Positions 11,228 through 21,731 are shown, counted from the stretch's first letter. The stretch is 64,000 bases of DNA from an uncultured Candidatus Saccharibacteria bacterium (GCA_964350645.1 CAYGJY010000001.1:142316-206315), one strand, 5' to 3'. Program-made: numbers and translations. The notes: generated by a model from the sequence alone, not told the origin.

Positions 11228-11314
11228 GGCTAGTATTTTAAGGAAAATACTGTATAGTTGGGCACATTATACCGGCATGAGAACATGTTCGGTTGGGATT
11301 GCGTATTCGCACAC

Positions 11315-12646
11315 ATGGCAAAAAAGACTACTACAACCAAAAAAACTACTAAAAAAGCGGCCAAAAAATCCGTACCAAAAACCAAAAAAACTGTAGCCAA
11401 GAAAGTTGTCAAAAAGACGCCGGCTAAAAAAACCATAAAGAAAAAAACTGTAGCCAAGAAAGTTGTCAAAAAGACACCGGCTAAAAAACCCGCTGTTAAG
11501 AACGTAGCAGCTAAAGCTGTCAAAAAGACTGTTAAGGCTGCAGCCAAGAAAGCCGCAAAGCCACTCACAAAACCGCAAAAAGAATTGCAGAAGAAAGCCT
11601 CAGAACTATTACAAATGGGTCGTGACCGGGGGTATGTTACCTACGACGAGATTCTTAAGTATTTCCCAGCGATCGAGAAAGATGTTCCGTTCCTGGAAGA
11701 TTTTTACGAAAAGCTTTCTATTGCTAATATCGATGTGCTTCAAAGTGGTGGTTTACTTGGTAGTACAAAAGAAGAAGAGCTTTTAGCAGCGAAGAATGCC
11801 TACAAGCGCAACGACTCTGGGTACGATTCAATCCAGATGTACTTGCGTGAGATCGGCCAGTATCCGCTCTTGACTGCCCAAGAAGAGCGTACGCTGGCGA
11901 AGCGTATTCTAGATGGCGACGAGGAGGCGCGCAACTTGTTGGCTCGAGCCAACCTTCGTTTGGTAGTTTCGATCGCCAAGAAGTATGTTGGACGTTCTCC
12001 AGACCTCACGTTGCTCGACTTGATCCAGGAAGGAAACCTGGGGCTCTTTAAGGCGGTTGATAAGTTTGATCATACTAAAGGCTTTAAGTTTTCAACCTAT
12101 GCGACCTGGTGGATTCGTCAGGCAATTACCCGAGCGCTCGCAGATCAGTCTCGAACAATTCGTATTCCGGTGCACATGGTAGAAACTATGGCCAAGTACA
12201 AGCAGGTCTCACGAAGACTAGCACAAGATTTAGGACGGGATCCAATGCCGGAAGAGATTGCAACTGAAATGGATGTTGAGGTAGAAAAGATTTACCAAAT
12301 TGAAAAAATCTCGCAAGACACTATTTCTCTCGAGCTACCGATTGGTGACGACGATGATCGCTCACGTTTGTCCGACTTCATTTCTGATGACAAGATGGTG
12401 TCACCCGACCAAGAAGTTGCACACAGTATCTTGACTGACCAAATCACTGAGATTCTCGATTCCTTGTCTGAAAAGGAACGAAAGATTCTTGAGATGCGTC
12501 ATGGACTTCTTGATGGTACGTATCACACCCTTGAAGAAGTTGGTAAGGAGTTTGGGGTGACGCGAGAACGGATTCGGCAGATTGAAGCGAAAGCTTTAGA
12601 AAAGATTCGCCAACATGAAAAGGCACGAAGGCTAAAGAGTTATTAA
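11315..12646 (+). CDS. rpoD: Primary sigma70 factor with Lys/Ala-rich N-terminal extension
   Basis: [70 protein letters not shown]; follows dnaG. Confidence 0.97.
   Translation: MAKKTTTTKKTTKKAAKKSVPKTKKTVAKKVVKKTPAKKTIKKKTVAKKVVKKTPAKKPAVKNVAAKAVKKTVKAAAKKAAKPLTKPQKELQKKASELLQMGRDRGYVTYDEILKYFPAIEKDVPFLEDFYEKLSIANIDVLQSGGLLGSTKEEELLAAKNAYKRNDSGYDSIQMYLREIGQYPLLTAQEERTLAKRILDGDEEARNLLARANLRLVVSIAKKYVGRSPDLTLLDLIQEGNLGLFKAVDKFDHTKGFKFSTYATWWIRQAITRALADQSRTIRIPVHMVETMAKYKQVSRRLAQDLGRDPMPEEIATEMDVEVEKIYQIEKISQDTISLELPIGDDDDRSRLSDFISDDKMVSPDQEVAHSILTDQITEILDSLSEKERKILEMRHGLLDGTYHTLEEVGKEFGVTRERIRQIEAKALEKIRQHEKARRLKSY
11384..11488 (+). repeat. Intragenic duplication with 57-nt period ([16 protein letters not shown] x2)
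   Basis: AAAAAAACTGTAGCCAAGAAAGTTGTCAAAAAGAC(G/A)CCGGCTAAAAAA at 11384 and 11441. Confidence 0.9.
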
Positions 12647-12657
12647 ACACTCATAAC

Positions 12658-12686
12658 AAAAGGCCGTCGCACTGCGCCGGCCTTTT
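12658..12686. terminator. Bidirectional terminator between rpoD and the convergent transporter
   Basis: AAAAGGCCGTCGC-ACT-GCGCCGGCCTTTT. Confidence 0.8.
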
Positions 12687-12708
12687 AGCTACCTAACTAG
12701 GGTGGTGA

Positions 12709-14091
12709 CTAGTTAATATGGTCAGGAGCCACAGGTCCGTGGGTAGCTGTTTCGTGGCTTGTAGGGCTCACATGACCACCCTCAGCATGACCTTCTGCCA
12801 TATAAAATTCAGTAAAGAGAGTGAGTCCAAGAGTAGCGACAACGAGGCCGATAATCATAACTGGAGCACCTTGCTTAATCCAGTCGATGAAGGTGATTGG
12901 ATTGTCGGTCTTTTCAGACTTGGCGACGACGATCACTCCAGCGGTAGATCCGATCGGTGAACCATTACCACCAAACCCAACACCAAATACCAGGGCCCAC
13001 CACAGAATTTCAATTGGTACCCCTTGGGTTCCCAGGAAACCAATAATCGGAATCATCGCCACAGTGAGCGGGATGTTGTCGACAATTGCCGAGAGAATCG
13101 CACTTGACCAGAGGATAATAATAGCTGTGAGCAGGAGGTTTTCACTGGCGCCGGCTGTAAGGAGATCAGCAACACGCTCAAGCACACCAGCGTGCTCGAG
13201 ACCACCAACAATCACGAAGAGTGAGCCGAAGAAGAGGAGTACAGACAACTCACACTTTTCAAGCATGTGTTGTGGATCATGCTTTGGCGAGACGATAATA
13301 AGGGCAAGAGCAGCGCCGATGAGAGCAACCATCGCTGGAGCGAGGTGGAAGTAGGAGTGGGTAAAGAAGAGGACGATGACAAGTGCAAAAACTGCCAGCA
13401 GCTTCTTAAGCATCTTCGGTTCCTTGATAGCACTCTTTTCATCCATTTGCATAAGACGCTCCACGTTTTGAGGTTCTTTCCTGAGGTCTTTTCTGAAGAG
13501 AAAGCGGAAGAGAATGAGCGTGAATACCCATGTGACCAGCACAACTGGCAGCGAGTGGATCAAGAAGTCATTGAAAGAAAAGGCTGCTGCCGAACCAATC
13601 ATAATGTTCGGTGGATCTCCAACGAGGGTGGCGGTACCACCAACGTTAGAAAGGAGGGCTTCTGCCATCAAGATCGGTGTCGGATTGATCTTAAGCATCT
13701 CAGCGATAATGATCGTGATTGGTACAATCAAAATGATTGTCGTTACGTTGTCGAGGATCATTGAGAGAATGGCAGTAATTGCCGAGAGAGCAACCATGAG
13801 TCGCCATGGTTTTCCTTTTGTTTTCTTGGCAGTCCAGATACCGAGGTACTGAAAAGCCCCAGTTTGCTCAAGCATGCCAACGAGGAGCATCATTCCAAAG
13901 AGAAGTCCAAGGGTGTTGAAGTCAACCACTTCCAGCACTTCAGCCGGGTGGTAGAAGTCAAAGTACATTCCAGCGAGGACCATAGTCATGGCTCCGAAGA
14001 GACCAATCACAGTGCGGTGGATTCTTTCAGTCAGAATGAAAAAGAAGGTAACTGAAAAAATAATCAGCGCAATAATTTCGATAGTTTCCAT
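12709..14091 (-). CDS. ArsB/NhaD (IT superfamily) ion transporter
   Basis: Many TM helices; LDNVTT, SNVGGTATLVGDPPNIMI, AIVDNIP and GGNGSPIGSTAG motifs. Confidence 0.85.
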   Translation of the reverse strand: METIEIIALIIFSVTFFFILTERIHRTVIGLFGAMTMVLAGMYFDFYHPAEVLEVVDFNTLGLLFGMMLLVGMLEQTGAFQYLGIWTAKKTKGKPWRLMVALSAITAILSMILDNVTTIILIVPITIIIAEMLKINPTPILMAEALLSNVGGTATLVGDPPNIMIGSAAAFSFNDFLIHSLPVVLVTWVFTLILFRFLFRKDLRKEPQNVERLMQMDEKSAIKEPKMLKKLLAVFALVIVLFFTHSYFHLAPAMVALIGAALALIIVSPKHDPQHMLEKCELSVLLFFGSLFVIVGGLEHAGVLERVADLLTAGASENLLLTAIIILWSSAILSAIVDNIPLTVAMIPIIGFLGTQGVPIEILWWALVFGVGFGGNGSPIGSTAGVIVVAKSEKTDNPITFIDWIKQGAPVMIIGLVVATLGLTLFTEFYMAEGHAEGGHVSPTSHETATHGPVAPDHIN

Positions 14092-14149
14092 AAAGTGTTA
14101 ATACGATAAATACCCAGCAAAACTCTCGTGTTGCGTAAGGTGGTAATAA

Positions 14150-14611
14150 TTATTCAGTTGAGTTAGGAATGTTGAGGTAGTCAGCAATAATATGCTTCAG
14201 TCCTTGTCGAGAGATGATACCAATCGGCCGATTGTCAGCGTCAACTACAGGAATGCGCGCTCGTTGGTGTCCGATAGCAGTTGCAGCGACAGACATGAGG
14301 CCGTCATTCATTTTTACTACGCTAAAATCCCTAGACATAAAAAACTGAACCTGCTTGGTTTCAGTGTCTTTAACTGCTTCAGCGAACATTTCCTCAGTAG
14401 CAAAGTGAGCAGCGATATTATCGCCATCAAGGTATTCTGGGACGATCGCATCTAGTAAATCAGCTACACTAATTTCACCAGACAACTTTCCTTCAGTGTT
14501 AACTACCAAAAGAGTGTTGGTTTTGCCATTTATCATAGCTTGTACCGCTTCTGTGAAAGAGGCTTCCTCAGAGATGGTAACAGCCGGTTTTACAATATCT
14601 TTTACTTCCAT
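14150..14611 (-). CDS. CBS-domain protein
   Basis: Paired CBS signatures (LLVVNTEGKLSGEIS; IPVVDADNRPIGIIS); co-oriented upstream of the transporter. Confidence 0.85.
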   Translation of the reverse strand: MEVKDIVKPAVTISEEASFTEAVQAMINGKTNTLLVVNTEGKLSGEISVADLLDAIVPEYLDGDNIAAHFATEEMFAEAVKDTETKQVQFFMSRDFSVVKMNDGLMSVAATAIGHQRARIPVVDADNRPIGIISRQGLKHIIADYLNIPNSTE

Positions 14612-14799
14612 GTTCTTTCATTATACCTTACACAATATAAGGTAATCTTTGTTTTAATCGTCCTACGCACCACTGCAGCAACCTATGCATAATAGATTGT
14701 CACAAGAATGTGTACGACGAGACTATTAACGTGGAGCATAATACTCCTCTTATCTAATTTGTATAGACTGATTATACACAGTGATATACTGTTAGCATT

Positions 14800-17799
14800 A
14801 TGTCAAAATTGGGTGAAACGGGGGCGGCATTCAAAGAAGCATATGCTTCTTTGAATGCCGCCCAGAAGCAAGCGGTCGACACTATCGAAGGTCCCGTTAT
14901 GGTTATTGCGGGCCCAGGGACGGGGAAGACTCAAATCCTCACGCTGCGGATCGCTAATATCCTTCTGAAGACAGATAGCAAACCTGAAAACATCCTTGCT
15001 CTGACCTTCACTGAATCAGGGGCTAAAGCGATGCGTGAGCGCTTGGTGCGCTATATCGGAGCAGAAGCGTATCGCGTAGCTATATTTACGTTCCACAGCT
15101 TTGCGCAGCGTTTAATTGCAGCGTATCCAGATGCTTACCCCGATATCATCGGAGGTAAACCAGCTAGTGATATTGACAAAATATCTATTATTGAAACTAT
15201 CTTAGATAGTGGGGCGGTAGAGACACTTCGTCCTGGTGGCAATCCTCAGTACTATGTCAAACCAGTGCAGAGCATGCTGAGCGATCTAAAGCGGGAGTAT
15301 ATTACTCCAGACCGACTCGCCGAGTTGATTACTCATGATGAAGAATTACTAGCAGGAATAGAGCAGATTCATCAGACAGGCGCTCATAAAGGCAAGGTAC
15401 GAGGTGAATATAAAGATAAAGAGAAAGCGATCGAAAAAAATCGTGCCTTGCTTACGGTGTATCGCCAGTACCAGGCTTTACTACGGGAGCGCAAACTGTT
15501 TGATTTTGATGACATGATTGTCGAGACGGTGGGAGCGTTGGAGAAAAATGAAGATATGCTTCGCGATCTACAGGAGAGTTATCAGTATATTTTGGCTGAT
15601 GAGCATCAAGACGTAAACGGTTCTCAAAATAAAATTCTCGAGTTGTTGGCTTCGTACCACCAATCCCCAAATATTTTTGTGGTAGGCGATGAGAAGCAAG
15701 CGATTTTTCGTTTTCAAGGAGCTTCACTCGATAACTTTTTATATTTCAGTGAGTACTTTAAGGATACGGTAGTCATTTCACTTATCGATAACTATCGTTC
15801 GGGACAACCGATACTGGATGCGGCTCAGAGTTTGATTGCAGTTGCTGATGGCCCACTTAAAGATCTGCGAGTGCCACTTAAGGCAGCGGCGATCAAAAAT
15901 GCGTCTGTAGAAAGAAGATCTTTTTCGCATCAGGCGGTCGAGGATGAGTGGGTAGTTGCAACTATACAAGAAGTAATTGGCAAGGGGACACTAGCGGAAG
16001 AAGTGGCTGTCATCGCTCGCTCAAACCGTGAAGTAGAAGGACTAACTGAGGCGCTACGAGCTAGTGGAGTAGCAGCCTCTGCCTCAGCTGACAGCGATAT
16101 CTTACATCATCCCATTACGCACACGGTAGAGCAGCTCATGCAAGCAGTGGTTTCAACTGACGCAGCCGCTTTATTTACAGTGTTACATGGTAGCTACTGG
16201 GGAATTGATCGCACCGACTTAGTGAAGCTCTTTTCGTCTCAATCGTATAGTCAATCTTTGTTGCTACTGATAACAGATACGGAACTCCTGGCCTCATTGC
16301 AGTTGTCTAAACCAGAGGCTCTCGATCGAGTGAATGAGGTCCTCAATGAGGCTCGTATGAGGTCTTTAACTGAAGCGCCACACCAGGTGCTGGCATATGT
16401 GGTTGAAGCCAGCGGCTTAAAAAACCACCTCATGACTCAAGATCCCCTTTCTGGTACCCGCGTGCTGCGGCGTTTATATGATGAAATAGAAGCTATGGTA
16501 CGAAGTAATAATGCCGCTACTTTGAGTGATGTTGCTGCGATGTTGAAGCAACGACGCGAGTATAATCTGCCCCTTAATGCGCCATTTATTGCAACTGACA
16601 CCGGTGTGGTGCAAGTAATGACAGCACATAAATCAAAAGGCTTAGAGTTTACAGTCGTGATCGCCCCGCACCTGACTGACAACGCTTGGGGTGGCAAGGT
16701 TCGCCGGGATAATTTTAAAATTACCTTGCCGCGCCAGCTTAAAGAGTCAGCAACTGATGCAACCGACGACGAACGACGTTTACTCTATGTGATGATGACG
16801 CGGGCTAAAGAGCGTTTGCTGCTGAGTTCCAGTGAGATGAGCTCTGATGGTAAACCACTCACACCGTCGCGGTTATTTGCTGACATTGAAGATGGGCTCT
16901 TACCAGTGATTGACACTATGAGTGAAGAAGATCAGTTTGATCCAATGGTGTCGATTAGAACCACAGTCACTCCGGCAGTGGTGGACCCGGTTTTTATAAA
17001 GACATTGTTCGCTGCGCGTGGATTTTCGGCGACGTCTCTTAACAACTACCTGCGTAGCCCTTGGGATTTTTACTATCGTAACCTATTGCGGATTCCGGAG
17101 GTGCAGCCAGTGCATATGCAGTTTGGGACCGCAGTGCATAATGTGATGCAGTATGTGACTACGATGCATATGAAAGAGCAGAAACTACCGAGTGATTCAG
17201 TGATCAAAGAGCAGCTTGAGCGGCAACTAGCGCGCCTGCCAGTTGGAGTTGAGGATTACACTCGGTTACATAAAAAAGGCTTAGAAGCACTCCTGACGTA
17301 CATTCCCCAGGTCGCACCACATTGGTCCAAACAGACTTTCGAAGAGTTGGCTGTGAATGTACTACTGGAGACCGGCATACCGGAACTGCCACACCTGCCA
17401 CTTACGGGTAAGCTCGATCGTTTAGACGTAGCTGATGACGGTACCGTCCTTCGGGTGGTTGATTATAAAACTGGCAAGCCGAAGTCTCGCAATGTTATAG
17501 AAGGTAAGACCAAAACTGCAGATGGGGCATACAAACGACAGTTAGTGTTTTATGCACTCCTTCTTGACCTTTATGATGATAAGCGATATCGCTGTCGAGA
17601 AGGAGTCCTGTCTTTTGTTGAAGCAGACGCCAAGGGGGTGGTTCACGAAGAGAGTTTCACCATTACCAATGAAGAAATTATAGCTTTAAAAGATGAGATC
17701 ATTTCTGCAACCAAGGAAATTATTAGTGGTCAATTTTTGACAGTACCCTGTGATCCAGAACAATCGTCGTATTGTCATTTGGTTGAGTTACTTAAGTAG
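14800..17799 (+). CDS. UvrD/PcrA-like SF1 helicase fused to C-terminal PD-(D/E)XK nuclease (AdnA/AdnB/AddA-like)
   Basis: AGPGTGKT, LADEHQD, VGDEKQAIFRFQGA, MTAHKSKGLEF, ERRLLYVMMTRAK; nuclease GKLDRLD...VVDYKTG...QLVFY. Confidence 0.9.
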   Translation: MSKLGETGAAFKEAYASLNAAQKQAVDTIEGPVMVIAGPGTGKTQILTLRIANILLKTDSKPENILALTFTESGAKAMRERLVRYIGAEAYRVAIFTFHSFAQRLIAAYPDAYPDIIGGKPASDIDKISIIETILDSGAVETLRPGGNPQYYVKPVQSMLSDLKREYITPDRLAELITHDEELLAGIEQIHQTGAHKGKVRGEYKDKEKAIEKNRALLTVYRQYQALLRERKLFDFDDMIVETVGALEKNEDMLRDLQESYQYILADEHQDVNGSQNKILELLASYHQSPNIFVVGDEKQAIFRFQGASLDNFLYFSEYFKDTVVISLIDNYRSGQPILDAAQSLIAVADGPLKDLRVPLKAAAIKNASVERRSFSHQAVEDEWVVATIQEVIGKGTLAEEVAVIARSNREVEGLTEALRASGVAASASADSDILHHPITHTVEQLMQAVVSTDAAALFTVLHGSYWGIDRTDLVKLFSSQSYSQSLLLLITDTELLASLQLSKPEALDRVNEVLNEARMRSLTEAPHQVLAYVVEASGLKNHLMTQDPLSGTRVLRRLYDEIEAMVRSNNAATLSDVAAMLKQRREYNLPLNAPFIATDTGVVQVMTAHKSKGLEFTVVIAPHLTDNAWGGKVRRDNFKITLPRQLKESATDATDDERRLLYVMMTRAKERLLLSSSEMSSDGKPLTPSRLFADIEDGLLPVIDTMSEEDQFDPMVSIRTTVTPAVVDPVFIKTLFAARGFSATSLNNYLRSPWDFYYRNLLRIPEVQPVHMQFGTAVHNVMQYVTTMHMKEQKLPSDSVIKEQLERQLARLPVGVEDYTRLHKKGLEALLTYIPQVAPHWSKQTFEELAVNVLLETGIPELPHLPLTGKLDRLDVADDGTVLRVVDYKTGKPKSRNVIEGKTKTADGAYKRQLVFYALLLDLYDDKRYRCREGVLSFVEADAKGVVHEESFTITNEEIIALKDEIISATKEIISGQFLTVPCDPEQSSYCHLVELLK

Positions 17800-17804
17800 A
17801 TGGG

Positions 17805-17847
17805 GAATACAAAAGAGCGGCGCCAAAGGCGCCGCTCTTTTGTATTC
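17805..17847. terminator. Bidirectional terminator
   Basis: Perfect 20-bp inverted repeat GAATACAAAAGAGCGGCGCC-AAA-GGCGCCGCTCTTTTGTATTC between convergent genes. Confidence 0.88.
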
Positions 17848-17857
17848 TAGATTGACC

Positions 17858-18607
17858 TTAATTAGCCTGTGGAACACCGTCAAGTTGTTGGATGAGATTC
17901 TCCACAATCCCTTTCACGTTTTGGTAAGGTTGTGCGCCGTTGATGACTCCTTGTTGGTCACCGACGAGTACGATCGTGTGTGGGGTACCGCGTCCACCAA
18001 TCGCAATCGCATTGTTGAAGTCCTCTTCAACTGCCGGGATCGTGCGTCCACTCTGAAGACAGGTTTCAAACTCCGCACGGTCAACACCGGCAAATTCAGC
18101 AAATTCTGGAAGTGAAGCAGGGTTAGTTTGGGCATTAGTTTCACGTTCTTCAAACACTAAGTCTGAAAAGGTCCAAAAGGCATCGTTGCCGCCTAACTCA
18201 GCGACACATTCAGCAGCAGCTGCAATAGCTGGTGCGTTAGGGTGTAGTTGTTCAAGTGGGAAGTGACGATAGACCCAAGCCACTCGGCCATCAGTGCCAT
18301 AGTCAGCCATAATTTGATTCATTGTTTCGTGAAAGTTCTTACAGAACGGGCAGTCATAGTCAGAATACTCTACAAGAATAATCTGAGCGTTAGGGTTGCC
18401 TCGGATGTGGTCGTCTTCGGTAATTGGATTGATATTCTCTGGACTAGCAGGATCAACCGGGGCACTGTTAGTAGTATCAGCTCCTGGCATAGCCACCGTT
18501 GGGTTACTGATTGGCTGGCCACTAAAAAAGATAGCTGCGGCGATTAAACCAAAGCCAGCAATAATGGCGAAGGGAATGGCGAGGGATTGAGTTTTGTTTT
18601 CTTCCAT
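17858..18607 (-). CDS. DsbA-family thiol-disulfide oxidoreductase, membrane anchored
   Basis: N-terminal TM; EYSDYDCPFC, YRHFPL and cis-Pro GTP motifs. Confidence 0.9.
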   Translation of the reverse strand: MEENKTQSLAIPFAIIAGFGLIAAAIFFSGQPISNPTVAMPGADTTNSAPVDPASPENINPITEDDHIRGNPNAQIILVEYSDYDCPFCKNFHETMNQIMADYGTDGRVAWVYRHFPLEQLHPNAPAIAAAAECVAELGGNDAFWTFSDLVFEERETNAQTNPASLPEFAEFAGVDRAEFETCLQSGRTIPAVEEDFNNAIAIGGRGTPHTIVLVGDQQGVINGAQPYQNVKGIVENLIQQLDGVPQAN

Positions 18608-18695
18608 AAAATCAAATTAACGTTAATTTAATCGAGTATACCACACTCTATTTATGAGTTCAGGGGCTGTGCGTGGTACAATTTTGCCAAGAAAT

Positions 18696-19505
18696 ATGGG
18701 TATTTTTGAAGCATTGTTATTAGGGATACTACAAGGTTTGACCGAATTCTTGCCGGTGTCTTCTTCTGGGCATCTGATTCTGGCGCGGGAGCTGTTTCAT
18801 ATTGAAAGTGAGTATGCGCTTGCCTTTGACGCGATTTTACACCTAGCGACCGCTGCAGCGGTTGTTGTGTATTTTTTCAAAGATATTAGTGTCTTAGTGA
18901 ATACCGCCTTACGTAAACTTAGTCGCCTACCAGTCAACCAGTCAGATCTGACCCTCCTCTATGCGCTTATGATTGGTACTATACCAGCAGTACTGCTTGG
19001 CTTAGCACTAGAGTCAACTATGGAAACGTTGTTCCGCAACCCACTCTTGGTGGCTGGAGTCTTGGTGGCTGGATCGCTCTTCTTTATGTATGCCGAATGG
19101 GTCTATATGAATAATTACCAGAATAATGAGATGAACGTGAAGAAAGGCCTAAATATTGGTCTCTTCCAGTGTTTAGCATTAGTGCCTGGCATGTCCCGCT
19201 CTGGCTCAGCGATTGCTGGTGGTATGTTACTTGGTCTGACACGCAGTGAAGCGGCTCGGTTTGCATTTCTGCTTGCTATTCCGCTTATGTTGGGAGCGGG
19301 TTCTAAAAAATTGCTTGAGCTGATTGTGTCAGATGGATCGGTCGCGTGGCTGGCGGTTGGAGTGGGGGCAACGACGGCCTTTGTCGTGGGGCTGCTGGCC
19401 ATTCATTTTATGTTGTCCTTTGTCCGTAGCCATACTCTATGGCCGTTTATTTGGTACCGGTTGATCCTCGCTGCCTTTGTGGTATTTGTGGCAGTGTTTG
19501 GTTAG
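18696..19505 (+). CDS. uppP: Undecaprenyl-diphosphate phosphatase
   Basis: QGLTEFLPVSSSGHL and PGMSRSG motifs. Confidence 0.95.
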   Translation: MGIFEALLLGILQGLTEFLPVSSSGHLILARELFHIESEYALAFDAILHLATAAAVVVYFFKDISVLVNTALRKLSRLPVNQSDLTLLYALMIGTIPAVLLGLALESTMETLFRNPLLVAGVLVAGSLFFMYAEWVYMNNYQNNEMNVKKGLNIGLFQCLALVPGMSRSGSAIAGGMLLGLTRSEAARFAFLLAIPLMLGAGSKKLLELIVSDGSVAWLAVGVGATTAFVVGLLAIHFMLSFVRSHTLWPFIWYRLILAAFVVFVAVFG

Positions 19506-19509
19506 AAGG

Positions 19510-20085
19510 TTAGAAAGGGAGTGAGTGCGTCATCGACGCGTCTTCGCGAGTAATCCAACGCGACGTATCAATTGGAATTTCTTGTTTGCGGTACCCGTCT
19601 TTAAATTTGAGATGACCATGTTCGAGAGCGTAATCAAAGATCTTCTTCGTCACTTTCACATCTTGCTCGCAGTATTTGATGATCTCTTCGATCTTACCTT
19701 CACGCCACCAGCGGACGGCCTGCAGGCCGTCCGCACTTTTCTTTGCTCCGATTGTCGCTTGCGCTACACTATCGAGTCGTAAGCGGCGACCAAGTGATTC
19801 TTTAATATCTTCTAAGATATCGATACTTTTAATCTGGGTCAGGTCACCTGGGTAGTATTTATTGAGGAGGGGAATATCAAAGTGGTTAGAGTTATAACCG
19901 ACGATCGCGTCAGCTGCTTCAAAGATAGGCCAGACGTCGTGGAGTTTATCTTCAGTCACACTCGTATAGGTGTCGGTCCCACTGTCATAGAGCGAGAGGA
20001 CACTGATATCAAGCGCCGTCGGATCAGATGAGCCAACGTCTTGAAAGATATTCTGTGTTTCAATATCAAAAATAACGTAGCGCAT
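19510..20085 (-). CDS. RNase H-like (DEDD/RNase_H_2) exonuclease-domain protein
   Basis: FDIET, VGYNSNHFDIP and YCEQDV motifs. Confidence 0.8.
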   Translation of the reverse strand: MRYVIFDIETQNIFQDVGSSDPTALDISVLSLYDSGTDTYTSVTEDKLHDVWPIFEAADAIVGYNSNHFDIPLLNKYYPGDLTQIKSIDILEDIKESLGRRLRLDSVAQATIGAKKSADGLQAVRWWREGKIEEIIKYCEQDVKVTKKIFDYALEHGHLKFKDGYRKQEIPIDTSRWITREDASMTHSLPF

Positions 20086-20107
20086 AATGGGCTTCATGCT
20101 ACCACAG

Positions 20108-21367
20108 CTACCGTACCACCTCGATTAATTTTTCCAGAGTACCAACAGTTTCTTCACCTGTAGAGAGATCTTTAAGGGTGTAGTTTTGCGTTTTTACTTC
20201 ATCTTCACCCAGAATCAAGGCGTATTCCACAAAGGCTTTGCCAGCAGCGTCGAGCTTTTTGCCAACTTTCCGGTCGGAAATGTCTGTTGCTACTGAGATC
20301 TGAGCGGCTCGGAAAGCTTGGGCGAGTTTCTGACTCGCTAAGTTTAAACTCGGTTCGATTGGGAGGATCATGAGCGTTGGCGAGGTCAGATCAGCGGTCA
20401 GGAGGTCGTGGCTTTCGAGGAAGTTGCGCAGCGTCACATCACCAAAACCAAAGCCAATCCCCGGGATCGGGTCGCCACCAAACAGGCCGGTCAGGTTATC
20501 GTAGCGACCACCACCCATCATTGAGCGGTTATTCTCTGGGTCAGTGTCTTTAAATTCAAAAATCGTTCCGGTGTAGTAGTCGAAGCCACGAGCGAGTGAA
20601 CGGTCGATCCGGACATTGGTGATCCCGAGTTCTTTGAGTCCAGCCACTACGGCATTATCACCAGGGTCAGTCGACTCGATCATGTGCTTGATCTCTTTGG
20701 CTAGGGCTTTGTCACCGACAATCTCCTGCAGTGCTTCCAGATATTCATTGGCTTCGATCTTGTCTTTGCGGTCGTTGAGACGGGTGATCGCAGTTACCGT
20801 TGCTTCGTCTGTTATTCCAAGGAGTGCGTAGGCGTGCTTCATCGTGGCGCGATTGTTTACCAGGATTTCAAACATGCTTTCGTCCGCGCCAAAATTCATG
20901 AAAATCGCGTGAGCCAGCGCAATTACTTCAACATCCGCGGTGTAGTCATTGCTGCCAAAGATGTCACAGTTTAGTTGCCAGTGCTCGCGAAGGCGACCAC
21001 GCTGGGTGCGCTCGTAACGAAAGAGGTTGGGGATTGAGTACCAACGGACCGGGAAGGCAAGCTCACGCCGCTTGCCGGCGATCATCCGGGCGACAGTTGG
21101 CGTCATCTCAGGACGCAGCGTCACTTCGCGGTCACCGCGGTCGGTGAAAGTGTAGGTCTGTTCGTTGACCATTTCAGCGTTCTCAGCCCCCTTAGCTTTA
21201 TAAAGTTCTGAGGGTTCAAGCACAGACGCGTCGTAGCGTTCATAGCCAAAGCTTTCAGCGGTCTGTTCCCACACTGAAAACATATACCGCTGCACGGCCA
21301 TATCATCGGGATAAAAATCACGCACACCTTTGTACGGAGCTGTTCCTAGTTCATTTTTGTTAGACAT
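20108..21367 (-). CDS. hisS: Histidine--tRNA ligase
   Basis: KGVRDF, LRPEMTPTVAR, FRYERTQRGRLREHWQ, LARGFDYYTG, GGGRYDNL. Confidence 0.97.
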   Translation of the reverse strand: MSNKNELGTAPYKGVRDFYPDDMAVQRYMFSVWEQTAESFGYERYDASVLEPSELYKAKGAENAEMVNEQTYTFTDRGDREVTLRPEMTPTVARMIAGKRRELAFPVRWYSIPNLFRYERTQRGRLREHWQLNCDIFGSNDYTADVEVIALAHAIFMNFGADESMFEILVNNRATMKHAYALLGITDEATVTAITRLNDRKDKIEANEYLEALQEIVGDKALAKEIKHMIESTDPGDNAVVAGLKELGITNVRIDRSLARGFDYYTGTIFEFKDTDPENNRSMMGGGRYDNLTGLFGGDPIPGIGFGFGDVTLRNFLESHDLLTADLTSPTLMILPIEPSLNLASQKLAQAFRAAQISVATDISDRKVGKKLDAAGKAFVEYALILGEDEVKTQNYTLKDLSTGEETVGTLEKLIEVVR

Positions 21368-21442
21368 ATGTAGCCATTAGAATACCAGAAAACACACGAA
21401 TCGGTAGGGGATTTAGCCTAAAACAAATACATTTTGTAATAT

Positions 21443-21470
21443 TTGACAATTTACAGATTTAAAGTATTAT
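21443..21470 (+). promoter_or_regulatory. Putative sigma70 promoter
   Basis: TTGACA-16 nt-TATTAT upstream of the small lipoprotein gene. Confidence 0.5.
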
Positions 21471-21537
21471 TTTTCAGTCACGGAGGAGAGTTGGGAAGCC
21501 CTCCAAAGTGACATTCCGACCAACTGAAGGAGTGATC

Positions 21538-21696
21538 ATGAAGATCTTGTGTGTATTGGCGACCCTTTTGGTTGCTGCAGCATGCGCGACGCCACCTGGC
21601 GTTGTGTCACCAAATCGAGAAAAACCGCTTGGGGCGAATCCTCAACCGGTGAAGCCGATGAAGATCGTAAGACCGTCGACATCGCACTGGATTTGA
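21538..21696 (+). CDS. Small putative lipoprotein (52 aa)
   Basis: AAGGAG SD upstream; MKILCVLATLLVAAAC signal peptide with lipobox-like end; GC hairpin downstream (21703-21725). Confidence 0.55.
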   Translation: MKILCVLATLLVAAACATPPGVVSPNREKPLGANPQPVKPMKIVRPSTSHWI

Positions 21697-21731
21697 TCCA
21701 CCGGGCGCCCCTTTATGGGGCGCCCACCGGG

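Noticed and set aside
11230-11578. Antisense hydrophobic ORFs (112 and 103 aa)
   Set aside because: These are reverse-strand shadows of the Lys-rich rpoD repeat (AAA read as TTT, Phe).
21508-21696. Small ORF as the RiPP precursor
   Set aside because: It has a lipoprotein-type signal, few heterocyclisable residues, and lies on the opposite strand outside the operon.
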